Part shown: positions 1 to 8,979 of the stretch, piece after piece
Numbering within the stretch: position 1 is the first letter of the stretch
Layout: the number at the start of each line of letters is the position of its first letter
Assembly (NCBI GenBank): GCA_963665325.3
Contig: OZ224045.1
Span: 1,248,001 to 1,312,000 of the forward strand
Source of the DNA: Alphaproteobacteria bacterium
GTDB taxonomy: Bacteria > Pseudomonadota > Alphaproteobacteria > Bin95
Reading direction: 5' to 3'
DNA length: 64,000 nt
Translations under genes and position numbers: made by a program
Notes under the pieces: generated by a model
What the model saw: the letters and a program-made list of their open reading frames with translations, nothing else
Databases searched by the model: none
What the model was told of the DNA's origin: nothing

Positions 1-212
1 TGGCCCCGCTTGTTGCGGAGCGTCATCGTCATGCTTGCGACAAAATTGCCGAAACCCTTCTGCCGTCCGCGGACCTCCGTCGCGATCTTGAGCCCCTGTT
101 CCTCGGGGCTGTCGGCCGCGCGGCCGGGAGAAGGCGCAACCGACCAGGCGAACACGGCCAGCATGGCCGCTGACAAGGCAAGCACCGGACGGGGGAGAGA
201 GACGCCAATCAC
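1..212 (-). CDS. Outer-membrane lipoprotein-sorting (LolA-like) protein, N-terminal part (runs off window)
   Basis: Not in ORF track. GTG at 212 preceded by AGGAAAC; translates MIGVSLPRPVLALSAAMLAVFAWSVAPSPGRAADSPEEQGLKIATEVRGRQKGFGNFVASMTMTLRNKRG (signal peptide, then the MxLxNxxG motif typical of the partner of MMPL exporters); directly downstream of the MMPL gene. Confidence 0.75.
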   Translation of the reverse strand, partial: MIGVSLPRPVLALSAAMLAVFAWSVAPSPGRAADSPEEQGLKIATEVRGRQKGFGNFVASMTMTLRNKRG

Positions 213-281
213 CGTTTCCTTCTGTCGGCACTGCTGCCGGAATCTCTCTGTAGAAGATAGCACATTGCCGGCCGCGCGCAC

Positions 282-2612
282 CTATCCGGCCTCCCGCCGC
301 AACCGTTCCCCGATCTCCTCGGTCGTCTCCCTGGTGCCGTCGAGCGCCATCAGCAGGGGCGGGAGGAACAGGAAGTCCGCCAAGAGGGCGATGATGACCG
401 TCATGCCCGCCAGCAGGCCGAGCGCCTGGTTGGTCACCATGCCCGACGCGCCGAACACCATGAAGCCGAGGCCGAACACGACCGTCGTCGCCAGCAGCGC
501 CCTGCCCACAGAGCGGAAGGCGGACTGCACGGATTCCGACGGCAGCAGCCCGTTCTTCCTAGCGGCCGCATATTTGGTCATGAAATGGATCGTGTCGTCC
601 ACGATGATGCCGAACGCGATGGCGGTGACAACCGACGCTGCGATGCCGACCTCGCCCACCAGATAACCCCAGAGGCCCATCGCCATGGCGGCCGGGACGA
701 AATTGGGAATGAGGCTGATGACGCCGAGCCGCACACTCCTGAAGACGAGCAGGAGCAGCAGGGAGACGATGGCCATGGCGATGAAGGTGCCGAGCAGCAT
801 GCCCTCTATGTTTCTCTGGATCGACCGGGCGCCGACGACCGCAACCCCGGTGGCGGCGGCTTCCATGGCCGGCGCGTTCTCGACGAGCCAGGCCCGCGCG
901 CGCTCGTCGAGCGCCACCTTCTCGTCGCTGGAAAGGCTGCGCAGCACGACTGTCATGCGCGTGGACGACCGCCCGACATCGATGAGATTGTTGAGGTCGC
1001 GGCCCGCGGGCAGCGAAAATTCGTAGAGCAGCAGATATTGCGCGGCAAGGTCGGAGTCGTCGGGAAGAATGTTGAACGCCGGATCGTCGCCATGCAGGTT
1101 CCTGTTGAGCCGCTTCACGATGTCGGTGATGGCGAAGACATGCGCGGTTTCCGGCTGCGCCCGGTACCATTCGACGAACGCGTCCACCCGCTTCAGATAG
1201 TCGATATCCGTTATGCCGCCCTCGCGCCCGGCGCTCAGCGAATACTCATATGTTTCCACGCCGGTGAAATTCTCGCTGATGAAGTCCGTGGACCGGCGGA
1301 ACTCGTAGCTCTCGTCGAGAAGCTCCAGCCAGTTCTCCCTGAGCTCGATCCGCGAGATGCCGGCGACGAGCACGACAACCAGGACGCCGAACGCGCCGAG
1401 CAGAACTGTCCGGCGGGTTACGACGAAGCGGCCGAAACGGTCGAAGAGGTCGGATTCGCTCGCGCTTGCGGGCCGGACGCGCAGGGGCATCGCCGACAGG
1501 ACTACAGGCAGGAGCGTTACCGCATAGACGAAGGCGCACAAACAGCCGAACGCGACCATGTTGCCCATGACCCGGAAGGGCGGCATGTCCGCGAAATTCA
1601 GGCTGAGGAACCCGATTGCGGTCGTGATCGATGTGAGGAAAACCGGCCACAGATTAACCCGGAGCGACTGCATCGCAGCGTCCTTGCGCTCCAGGCCCCG
1701 GCGCAGGCCCGCCGCCATGCCCTCGAACATATGCACGGAATGCGCAACGGTGACCGCCATCAGCACGAACAGCGCCGCGCCGCTCTCACCGAAGAACTTC
1801 ATGCCGGTCCAGCCGGTGAAACCCACGGCGGAGGCGAGGACGGCAATGAGCATTATGACGATCGCAAGCGCGCCCCAGAGCGAGCGCAGCAGAATGACGG
1901 CGACGACCAGCATCGTTCCGAGCGCTGCCGGCGCGAGGATGCTCATATCCTCGTCGATCGCCTCGCGCATGGCGCGGTTGAGGACGAGTTCGCCGGTCAG
2001 GTGATAGTCGATGGCCGAATATTGCTCCCGGAATTCGACGGCCGTGGCGCGGAGGAAATCCGTCACCTCCGTCTTGGCCGATTGCCGGTCCGGCTCGGGA
2101 AGCGCGACGCTGACCGCCAGGCCGGCGACGCGGCCGTTGCGGGAGACGAAACGCCCGGCGATTTCTTCGGTGCCGAGCGCGATTTTCCCGATGCGCGCGA
2201 GGTCCTCGTCGCTCAGCGACGTGGCGTCGCCGATCAGCGGCTCGACGATCAGCTCGTCCTCAAGGCCCTCGCTGTGCTGGTAGTTGGTTATCGAATCGAC
2301 GCGGGTGACATAAGGCGTCTGCCAGAGCCGGTCTGTCAGATCTTCGATGGCGGCGAGCGCCTCGCGCGTGAAAATCGTGCCCTCCCGCGGCGCCGCGACA
2401 ACGAGCGCGGCGTCGGACAGGGCATAGGTCTCCTCCAGCCGGTCCAGAGCGACGATATGCGGGTCGTCATGGCCGAAATGGTTCCGGACATCGACATCGA
2501 CCTCCACCAGCCGTCCGGCGCCCGCGGCAAGGACCGTCATGACCTGCAGGGCTGCCAGGACGGTCAGCCATCTCCGGCCCATGACGAGTGCTATGCAGGC
2601 GTCCAAATTCAT
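282..2612 (-). CDS. MMPL/RND-family transporter
   Basis: Two repeats of TM1 + periplasmic loop + TM bundle; motifs TSITTAIGFLSL and GIIVDDTIHF; start taken at the internal ATG (MNLDAC), ORF track start 2684. Confidence 0.9.
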   Translation of the reverse strand: MNLDACIALVMGRRWLTVLAALQVMTVLAAGAGRLVEVDVDVRNHFGHDDPHIVALDRLEETYALSDAALVVAAPREGTIFTREALAAIEDLTDRLWQTPYVTRVDSITNYQHSEGLEDELIVEPLIGDATSLSDEDLARIGKIALGTEEIAGRFVSRNGRVAGLAVSVALPEPDRQSAKTEVTDFLRATAVEFREQYSAIDYHLTGELVLNRAMREAIDEDMSILAPAALGTMLVVAVILLRSLWGALAIVIMLIAVLASAVGFTGWTGMKFFGESGAALFVLMAVTVAHSVHMFEGMAAGLRRGLERKDAAMQSLRVNLWPVFLTSITTAIGFLSLNFADMPPFRVMGNMVAFGCLCAFVYAVTLLPVVLSAMPLRVRPASASESDLFDRFGRFVVTRRTVLLGAFGVLVVVLVAGISRIELRENWLELLDESYEFRRSTDFISENFTGVETYEYSLSAGREGGITDIDYLKRVDAFVEWYRAQPETAHVFAITDIVKRLNRNLHGDDPAFNILPDDSDLAAQYLLLYEFSLPAGRDLNNLIDVGRSSTRMTVVLRSLSSDEKVALDERARAWLVENAPAMEAAATGVAVVGARSIQRNIEGMLLGTFIAMAIVSLLLLLVFRSVRLGVISLIPNFVPAAMAMGLWGYLVGEVGIAASVVTAIAFGIIVDDTIHFMTKYAAARKNGLLPSESVQSAFRSVGRALLATTVVFGLGFMVFGASGMVTNQALGLLAGMTVIIALLADFLFLPPLLMALDGTRETTEEIGERLRREAG

Positions 2613-3021
2613 GTCGCCGGAGCGCTGGACCGGAGGACGGATCGGAGACCGACACTCGCCGCGCCGGAGAACGCAGACGGACATCGGGAGAAGAAATTCG
2701 TCATCGACTGCATTTCCGGGACAGTGTCCCAGCCTCCGGCTTCGTTGTCCATCCGCCTTTCGGGCCCCGGCGACACGGCAAATTCGTTCTGATTTTCGTC
2801 CACGGATTGGAGCACTCGATCAGGGACCACCAGCATTCGTTGGGACCCTTGCAGCCGCTCGGCGCGGCATTTGACCATCGTCGTTCTGCTCTTGACGATC
2901 CTGCTTGCATCGCAGGGAGGAATCTCAAATCGCAAGCTCAACCGGAGGGGGTGGGGCGCTCGCCGCGCTCACGCATGAGCCGCCGAAGGAGGGCGCCCGG
3001 TTGCGCCCGGCGCAATCGTCG

Positions 3022-4188
3022 TTATGGGTCTGCCGTTGTCCTGCTGCCGGTCATTATGGCGCTCACGGCCTGCCCGACCCGTTCGGCAGCGGCTTCGATG
3101 TCGCGGTCGGCGAGATGGGCGTAGCGAAGCGTCATCTGGACATCCGTATGGCCGAGCAGGCGGGAGACGACGGGCACGGGCACGCCGTTCATTATGGCAT
3201 GGCTCGCCATCGTATGCCGGAGGTCGTGAAGACGGCAGTCCTCGATTCCGGCCTCGCAGCGGACCCGGTCCCACAGCCCGAGGTTCGAACAGCGCGGGCG
3301 GGTGGGGTCGCGCGGCGAGGGGAACACGAACGGGCTGCCTGTTTCCGGCTGCCGGTCGAGAATGGCGCGGGCCTGGCTGTTGAGCGGAACCGTCCTCGGC
3401 CCCGTCTTGGCGTCTGCGAGCGCCAGCATGCCGTCGCGGATTTCCGACCGGCGCAGATTGACGATCTCGCCCCTGCGGCATCCGGTGAGCAGCAGCAGCC
3501 GGATGATGTCGGCCTGCGGACGTCTGTCCTTGCAGGACAGCGCATCCAGGACGGCGTGCAGGCGTCCAAGTTCTTCCTTGGACAGGAAGCGCGTGAGCTT
3601 CGCGCGCCGGTTGAACGCGATGCCCAGTGCGGGGTTGCGTTCGATATGGCCGCAGGCGACGGCGAAGTTCAGGATTTGCCGGAGGCGACCGAGTATGTGA
3701 TTGGCGTTGCCCGGCGCGGTCCGGCTGAAGCGGTCGAACCAGCGCCCGATCCGGGCCTCGCTTATGCGGTCCAGCGGTTTCGATCCGAAGACGGGAAGAA
3801 GCTGGCTCGCCAGCGCATACCGGGCGGTCTTCTTCGTCGAAGGCTTGTAGCGGTCGTAGTGCGCCGCCTTCCACGGCCCCGATACGAAGTCCCGGAACAG
3901 CGGGACCGGACAAGCAGTCTCGATGCTCTTCCCGGGCTCCGGGTTCGCACGGCGGGCGTGGCATTCCCTGCGGACCTCCTCCAGGCTCTTCATGCTGATC
4001 GGACCGAGCGAGATGCGCTTCGTGCGCCCGCCGATGTCCAGAAGCAACACATAGCTGCGCCCGCCGGTGGGCCGCACCCGGACGCCGAGGCCGGCGATGC
4101 GGCTGTCCCAGACCGTGTATTCCCGCTCGCGGGGACGGAGCCGGGCAATGGCGGCGTCGGTGAGTTTTATCCTCTCCCTGCCCGCCAT
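3022..4188 (-). CDS. Tyrosine recombinase/integrase with N-terminal arm-binding domain
   Basis: N-term LTDAAI...WDSRIAGLGVRVRPTG; catalytic motifs TGCRRGEI, KTG, HDLRHT, LLGH, TLRY. Confidence 0.93.
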   Translation of the reverse strand: MAGRERIKLTDAAIARLRPREREYTVWDSRIAGLGVRVRPTGGRSYVLLLDIGGRTKRISLGPISMKSLEEVRRECHARRANPEPGKSIETACPVPLFRDFVSGPWKAAHYDRYKPSTKKTARYALASQLLPVFGSKPLDRISEARIGRWFDRFSRTAPGNANHILGRLRQILNFAVACGHIERNPALGIAFNRRAKLTRFLSKEELGRLHAVLDALSCKDRRPQADIIRLLLLTGCRRGEIVNLRRSEIRDGMLALADAKTGPRTVPLNSQARAILDRQPETGSPFVFPSPRDPTRPRCSNLGLWDRVRCEAGIEDCRLHDLRHTMASHAIMNGVPVPVVSRLLGHTDVQMTLRYAHLADRDIEAAAERVGQAVSAIMTGSRTTADP

Positions 4189-4191
4189 CGC

Positions 4192-5459
4192 TCAGTTTCC
4201 CTCAAGCGCGGCGCCGACCGTCTCGGCGGCCTCGCGCACCATGGCGTCGGCAAGGTGGATGTATTTCAGCGTGGTCTCCGGCCTGTTGTGGCCGAGCAGC
4301 CGGCCGATCGCCAGCACGGTCTCGCCCTGCCTGAGCGCCAGGCTCGCTACCGTGTGGCGCAGGTCGTGAAGATGCACGTCCTCAAGCCCCGCCTCCTCCC
4401 GGACCCGCTTCCAGAAACGCTCCAGCCAGTTGATGCTCCGGGGGCGGTCGCCCCGCGACGCCGGGAACACCCGGCGCCCCTTCCGCTCGATGCCGTCGAG
4501 AACGGCGCGCGCCGGTCCGGAGAGCCACACTGTCCTCGGCCCCGTCTTGCCGTCGCGCAGGAACAGGTGGCCGTCCCGGTAGTCGGACCAGCTGAGCGTC
4601 AGGATTTCGCTCTTGCGGCACCCGGTGAGCAGCAACAGGCGGATGAGCGCGGCCTGACCGGGCCATCGGGCCTCATGCGCAGTCAGCCTTTCCGACAGGC
4701 GGCGGATTTCGTCGTCGGAGAGGAACCGCTCCCGGCCCTTGCGGCGGTAGCGCCGGATGCCCCGGCAGGGATTGGAGCCCTCGGGCCGCAGGCCCATGCG
4801 CTCCGCCTCCCTCATGATGACGGAGAGGACCGGCATGGACCTGTCCGCCGCCACCGGCGTGGCGCGCAGGCGGGCGAACCAGTTCCTCACCTCCTGCCGG
4901 TCGATGGCGGCAATCGGCCGCCCTGTGAAATGCGGCAGCAGCTGGTTGTGAAGATAGCAGCGGTTGACGGACAGCGTCCCCGGCTTCCAGAGCCGCTCGT
5001 AATGCCCGAACGTCGCCTCGGCGACGGCTTCGAAGACAGTCTCGCCGGGCGCGTGGAGCATGTCCTCGCCGCGCCGGACGGCGGCAAGCATTTCAGTAGC
5101 CGAAGCCCGCGCCTCCGTGACGGAAACCGTTCGGGTCTCGGGGGACGGAACACGCGCGGTTGCTATTGGAATGATGCAGTCCCGAGGGAAGCTGCGACCT
5201 TCCGATCGTTCAGCCCGGCTTGGCACCGCGCGCATCCCCCGAGCGTCGAACGGTTACCCGTGACGTTCATGCTCTCGGCGTCGCCGACGATCCTCCAGGT
5301 CCGTTCGCCCCGATGCTGGCACTGGATGAAGAACTGCTTGCGACCCGACGGCGACACGCGCACGCCGAAGCCCCTGAGCTTCACGTCACGGAAGTCTCGG
5401 ACTGTCTTGCGCGATTTGAGCGCCCCCACGCGGGCGTCGGTGAGGATGGTTGCAGGCAT
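4192..5459 (-). pseudogene. Second tandem tyrosine integrase, frameshifted by MITE insertion
   Basis: 5' part MPATILTDARV...ESMNVT and 3' part EARASA...HDLRHT...LLGH...TLKY are in different frames; removing 5123-5265 (143 bp) restores a 1125-bp, 374-aa ORF. Confidence 0.9.
5123..5257. mobile_element. 135-bp MITE with IS66-like ends
   Basis: 8-bp direct repeat CCGTGACG at 5115-5122 and 5258-5265; 23-bp TIRs GAAACCGTTCGGGTCTCGGGGGA / GTAACCGTTCGACGCTCGGGGGA (19/23); GTAA terminus plus 8-bp TSD is the IS66 signature. Confidence 0.85.
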
Positions 5460-5569
5460 GCCTTTCTCCCGGCTCCGGTGGCAGCCGGGGAACAGGCAGT
5501 TGTGAACTGCTTCCCCGACCGCTATATTTTCGGGAGAAAAAACGACACTAAATCAGATAGTTAGCACCC

Positions 5570-5635
5570 ACCGGTGCGCTCCATGGTGTCGGTCTTCTTC
5601 CGGGTCATGAACAACCCCTTCTGGCGATCGGTTAC
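5570..5635 (-). mobile_element. Probable orphan IS66-type end
   Basis: Minus strand from 5635 reads GTAACCGATCGCCAG, resembling the MITE TIR (GTAACCGTTCG), and coincides with the point where cold-shock homology stops. Confidence 0.45.
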
Positions 5636-6335
5636 CCTTCTCGCCGGCGCGACGGTCGACTGCGAGACGGTTCAGGGTCAACGCGGGCCCGAGGTCTCGC
5701 GGATTCTTGCCGTCGATTTTTCCACGGCATCGCCCCGGACGTCGTCTTTCGCCCCCGTGCCCGGTAATGGGCGCACAGCCTCCGAACCTGGTATCGGCCA
5801 CGCCGGCCCCGCCGAACCCGGTCCCGGGCGCCGGATCAGGGCGCTGGTGAAATGGTTCATGCCGATGAAGGGCTACGGCTTCCTGGAGCCCGAGGACGGC
5901 TCGCCCGACGTGTTCTGCCACCTCAGCACCGTCGAGGCGTCCGGCCGGGACACCCTGCCCCAGGGCGCCGTCGTGACCTGCGAGATCGTGCAGGGCGACC
6001 GGGGACCTCAGGTGTCGAGGATCGTTGAGGTCGGTCCGCCGCCAGCCGGGCACGGCCCGGCGGACCGCAGCCAGCCCTTCGGCGCCCGCTATCCGGATCC
6101 GCAGGCCGATGCTCCGCCGTCCGCCGTCGTGGACCTGCCCGCTACTGTCAAGTTCTTCGACCCGGCGCGCGGGTTCGGCTTCGTCGTGCCGGACGACGGC
6201 GGCTGCGAGGTGTTCGTACATGTCAGCGTACTGTTCCGTTCCGGCATGACGGACCTGCAGCCGGGGCAGCGCGTCTTCGTCCGCGCGGAAAGCGTACCGC
6301 GCGGGCTCCAGGCGACGGAGATAGAACCCGTCTGA
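5574..6335 (+). CDS. Multi-cold-shock-domain protein, first of three CSDs N-terminally truncated
   Basis: Two complete CSDs (VKWF..KGYGFL...DVFCH; VKFF..RGFGFV...EVFVH) plus a half CSD (TLLAGATVDCETVQGQRGPEVSRI) starting at about 5634. Confidence 0.8.
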   Translation: MRSMVSVFFRVMNNPFWRSVTLLAGATVDCETVQGQRGPEVSRILAVDFSTASPRTSSFAPVPGNGRTASEPGIGHAGPAEPGPGRRIRALVKWFMPMKGYGFLEPEDGSPDVFCHLSTVEASGRDTLPQGAVVTCEIVQGDRGPQVSRIVEVGPPPAGHGPADRSQPFGARYPDPQADAPPSAVVDLPATVKFFDPARGFGFVVPDDGGCEVFVHVSVLFRSGMTDLQPGQRVFVRAESVPRGLQATEIEPV

Positions 6336-6733
6336 ACGGAGCCGGCCCCGACAGGACCCGCTTCGGCTCCGGAACCCCTCAGCCCCTCGGTAGAGGTGCC
6401 CCGAACCGGGCAGTCTCCCGGACCGCACAGCACCCGGGATGCTGGGGCATCCAGTCGATCTTGCCGTCCAAATACTCGCCGGTTTCGTCGATGGCCCCGC
6501 ATTCCGGCTCTGCCGCGGTCAAGTGCCGCCACATGTCCACGTCGGTGCCGAGTTGCTCCTCGTTGGGGTCTTCATCCCGATCAGGAACGGGCGACCGCGA
6601 ACCGGACGTTCGACCTTCCGGTCCCGACCCCGACCCCGCATATGCAAGCGATGGTGCGGTCCCGCATCACCCGGAACTCCCTGTCGGTCAGGGTAGGCGC
6701 GGGCGCGGCAGCGATGCGGTCGCCGGTGCCTAA

Positions 6734-8803
6734 CCCAAGTTTAACAGAGCATTTTGAAGATCATTGATTATCAATGCCTTACGGAGCAATAATTTCGCGT
6801 CTGGCACTACATTTCGGTTATTTCGCCCGGTTCGGGATCAGACGATCATTTTCCTGATGCCTCCAGGGGCGGGGTCGATGCCGAGCGCGCGATAGATTTC
6901 TTGCTGTTCGGGCTCGGCCCGTGTGGCCTTGCGGACATGCAAGGTGCGTCCGTCCTTGCGCCTGAAGGTCGCGGTGACCCGCTGCTGGCCTTCGAGGATG
7001 GCTCGCAGGCTGGCCCAGCTGGCGTGTTCGCCGTGCTCGGCGAGGCGCCGGCGGATGGTCTGCACCATCTGGTAGGCGATCACGGTGATGAACAGGTGGC
7101 CGTCGGAGCGCCTCTGGGTCTGGTGGAAGATGGGGCGCAGGCCGAGTTCCGACTTGAGCGATCGGAACACCGCCTCCACATCGGTGAGCGAGGTATAGGT
7201 CCGCCACAGCGCCTCCTCGTCCCAGTCCTCGACGTTGGTGCGCAGGCAGTAAACGCCGGGATGGGTGGCCATGGTGCCGGCGAGCGGGCGGCGCTCCCAT
7301 GTGACGGCCCGGGCCTTCTCGCCGCTTTCGTCGGCGATGACGTCGATGTCGTAGTGGGCCGCGGCGCCGCGGCTCTTCTCCCTGATCCGGCCGATCCGCT
7401 GCCAGACATGGTCGAGCCGCTTGCGGGTGCGCGGCCGCTTGAGGCCGTCGTGGAGCTTCTGCATCTCGCCCTCGAAGCGCGCGGCGAAGCGGTTTGCGAT
7501 GCCCTGTTCCTTCTTCGCCCGCGCCTCGGAGTAGCAGTAGAGCCGCGCCTCTCCAGCTTCGGCGTCGACCGCCTTGTGGACATGGACCGTCTGGCGCGAC
7601 CGGGTCTCGATGGCCAGCGCCAGCTCGGGATCGAAGCGGCGGGTGCGTTCCCGGCTGACCGCGAGATAGCGGTAGCCGTTCGCGCGCAGCCAGGCGATGT
7701 TGGCCTCGGTGGCGATCCCCGCATCCATCACCACCAGCGCGTCCGCCGGCGCGCCCAGGGCGCCGAGCATCGACGCCAGGGTCCTGTCTTCGTTGACCGC
7801 GCCCGAGAACACCTCGGAGCGGCGCACGAAGCCCGAGCCGTCGAGCACCAGCCCCAGGGTCAAGAGCGGGCAATCCGAGCGCTTCTCCTTGGAATGGCCG
7901 CGTTCGGCCTTGGCCTGGGCCGCCGCCGCGCCCTCGAAGAAGGTGTTGGTCAGGTCGTACAGCGTCACCGTGTGGCGCAGGCCGAACAGATCCGTCGCCC
8001 GATCGAACAGATGCGCCTCGATCGCCGCGCGCTGCGCCATCAGGGCGTCGGAGGCGCGGTACAGGCGCATCATGCTCATGCGCTCGAAGTCCACCCCCAG
8101 CAACTCGCCGAGCGCCGAACGCTCGCACAGCCAGCGCCAGGAGGCGCGCTCCGAGCCCGGCGCCGCCATGCGCGCGATCACGGTGGCCATGGCGAGCGCG
8201 CGCTGCGTGCCGTTGAAGCCCAGGCGCTCCAGCAAAGCCTCCAGGCCGAGCCGCTCCATGGCCCACAGCCCGACATGCTCGACGCCGACCGAACGCGGGC
8301 GGATCAGCTCCAGGGAGCCGACATCCACCGTCTGCAGGTCAGGGCGCCCGGTCCCGCCGGACGGCGCGCTGTTGAGCAATTGCGCGGCGATGCGCTGGGC
8401 GTGCCGCTCGACCTCCTCCGGACAGGACAGCGAAACCAGCTCGGCCTGGCGGTCGAGCTGCTGCTGGATCCGGCTGCACAGCACCGCCCAGTGCCGCCGC
8501 TCGACAGGGAAGTCGCTCCCCAGGTTGAGCAGGGTGCGCTGGCGGATCTTCCCGCCGTCGCGCTCCGAGCGAACAAGGCGATGGGAATAATAGACCTCGC
8601 CGCGCTCGCCGGTTCCGGTCCTGGTGCGGCGAATGAACATGGCGCACAGCATAGGAGCGGGCGCAAGGTCTCGAAATCCCCAAGTGAAAATATTATGGCA
8701 CTACATTGCGCCCCCGGAAACCTCAATCCAGCAATATCAATGGCTTGATGACACCGCGCCGGCCAACCTCGACAAAATCGGCCACCAAAACGTTAAACTT
8801 GGG
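6734..8803 (-). mobile_element. IS1634-family insertion sequence, 2070 bp
   Basis: Perfect 12-bp TIR CCCAAGTTTAAC (6734-6745 / 8792-8803); CTAA duplicated at 6730-6733 and 8804-8807. Confidence 0.9.
6838..8640 (-). CDS. IS1634-family DDE transposase
   Basis: MFIRR start; YDLTNTFFEG, RGHSKEKRSDCP, VVMDAGI, VEAVFRSLKSELGLRPIFH motifs. Confidence 0.92.
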   Translation of the reverse strand: MFIRRTRTGTGERGEVYYSHRLVRSERDGGKIRQRTLLNLGSDFPVERRHWAVLCSRIQQQLDRQAELVSLSCPEEVERHAQRIAAQLLNSAPSGGTGRPDLQTVDVGSLELIRPRSVGVEHVGLWAMERLGLEALLERLGFNGTQRALAMATVIARMAAPGSERASWRWLCERSALGELLGVDFERMSMMRLYRASDALMAQRAAIEAHLFDRATDLFGLRHTVTLYDLTNTFFEGAAAAQAKAERGHSKEKRSDCPLLTLGLVLDGSGFVRRSEVFSGAVNEDRTLASMLGALGAPADALVVMDAGIATEANIAWLRANGYRYLAVSRERTRRFDPELALAIETRSRQTVHVHKAVDAEAGEARLYCYSEARAKKEQGIANRFAARFEGEMQKLHDGLKRPRTRKRLDHVWQRIGRIREKSRGAAAHYDIDVIADESGEKARAVTWERRPLAGTMATHPGVYCLRTNVEDWDEEALWRTYTSLTDVEAVFRSLKSELGLRPIFHQTQRRSDGHLFITVIAYQMVQTIRRRLAEHGEHASWASLRAILEGQQRVTATFRRKDGRTLHVRKATRAEPEQQEIYRALGIDPAPGGIRKMIV

Positions 8804-8979
8804 CTAAGCCCATCGGATGGGTGTTCTTGATTGAGCCTCCTCGGCCCAATCCGAAATGTGGGCAGGATTCCAAGGGACCGCCATCTCATCCACCACGGCC
8901 TGTTACGGGAGATGAATTTCCCCGCCGCCTCGTCCATGCTGTCTGGTTACGGACGCATCGGCGACAGGGAGCGGCGGAG

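Larger units (their letters stand above)
6581..8834 (-). pseudogene. carB: Degenerate internal fragment of carbamoyl-phosphate synthase large subunit, split by IS1634
   Basis: Joining 8834-8804 to 6729-6581 gives SIKNTHPMGLGTGDRIAAAPAPTLTDREFRVMRDRTIACICGVGVGTGRSNVRFAV, matching the CarB motif SIEN.DPMGVHTGDSITVAPA.TLTDKEYQ.MR.....GVETGGSNVQFAV. Confidence 0.75.

Noticed and set aside
585-5505. Long plus-strand ORFs 585-2792 and 2905-5505
   Set aside because: Antisense to the MMPL and integrase genes, which carry the recognisable motifs
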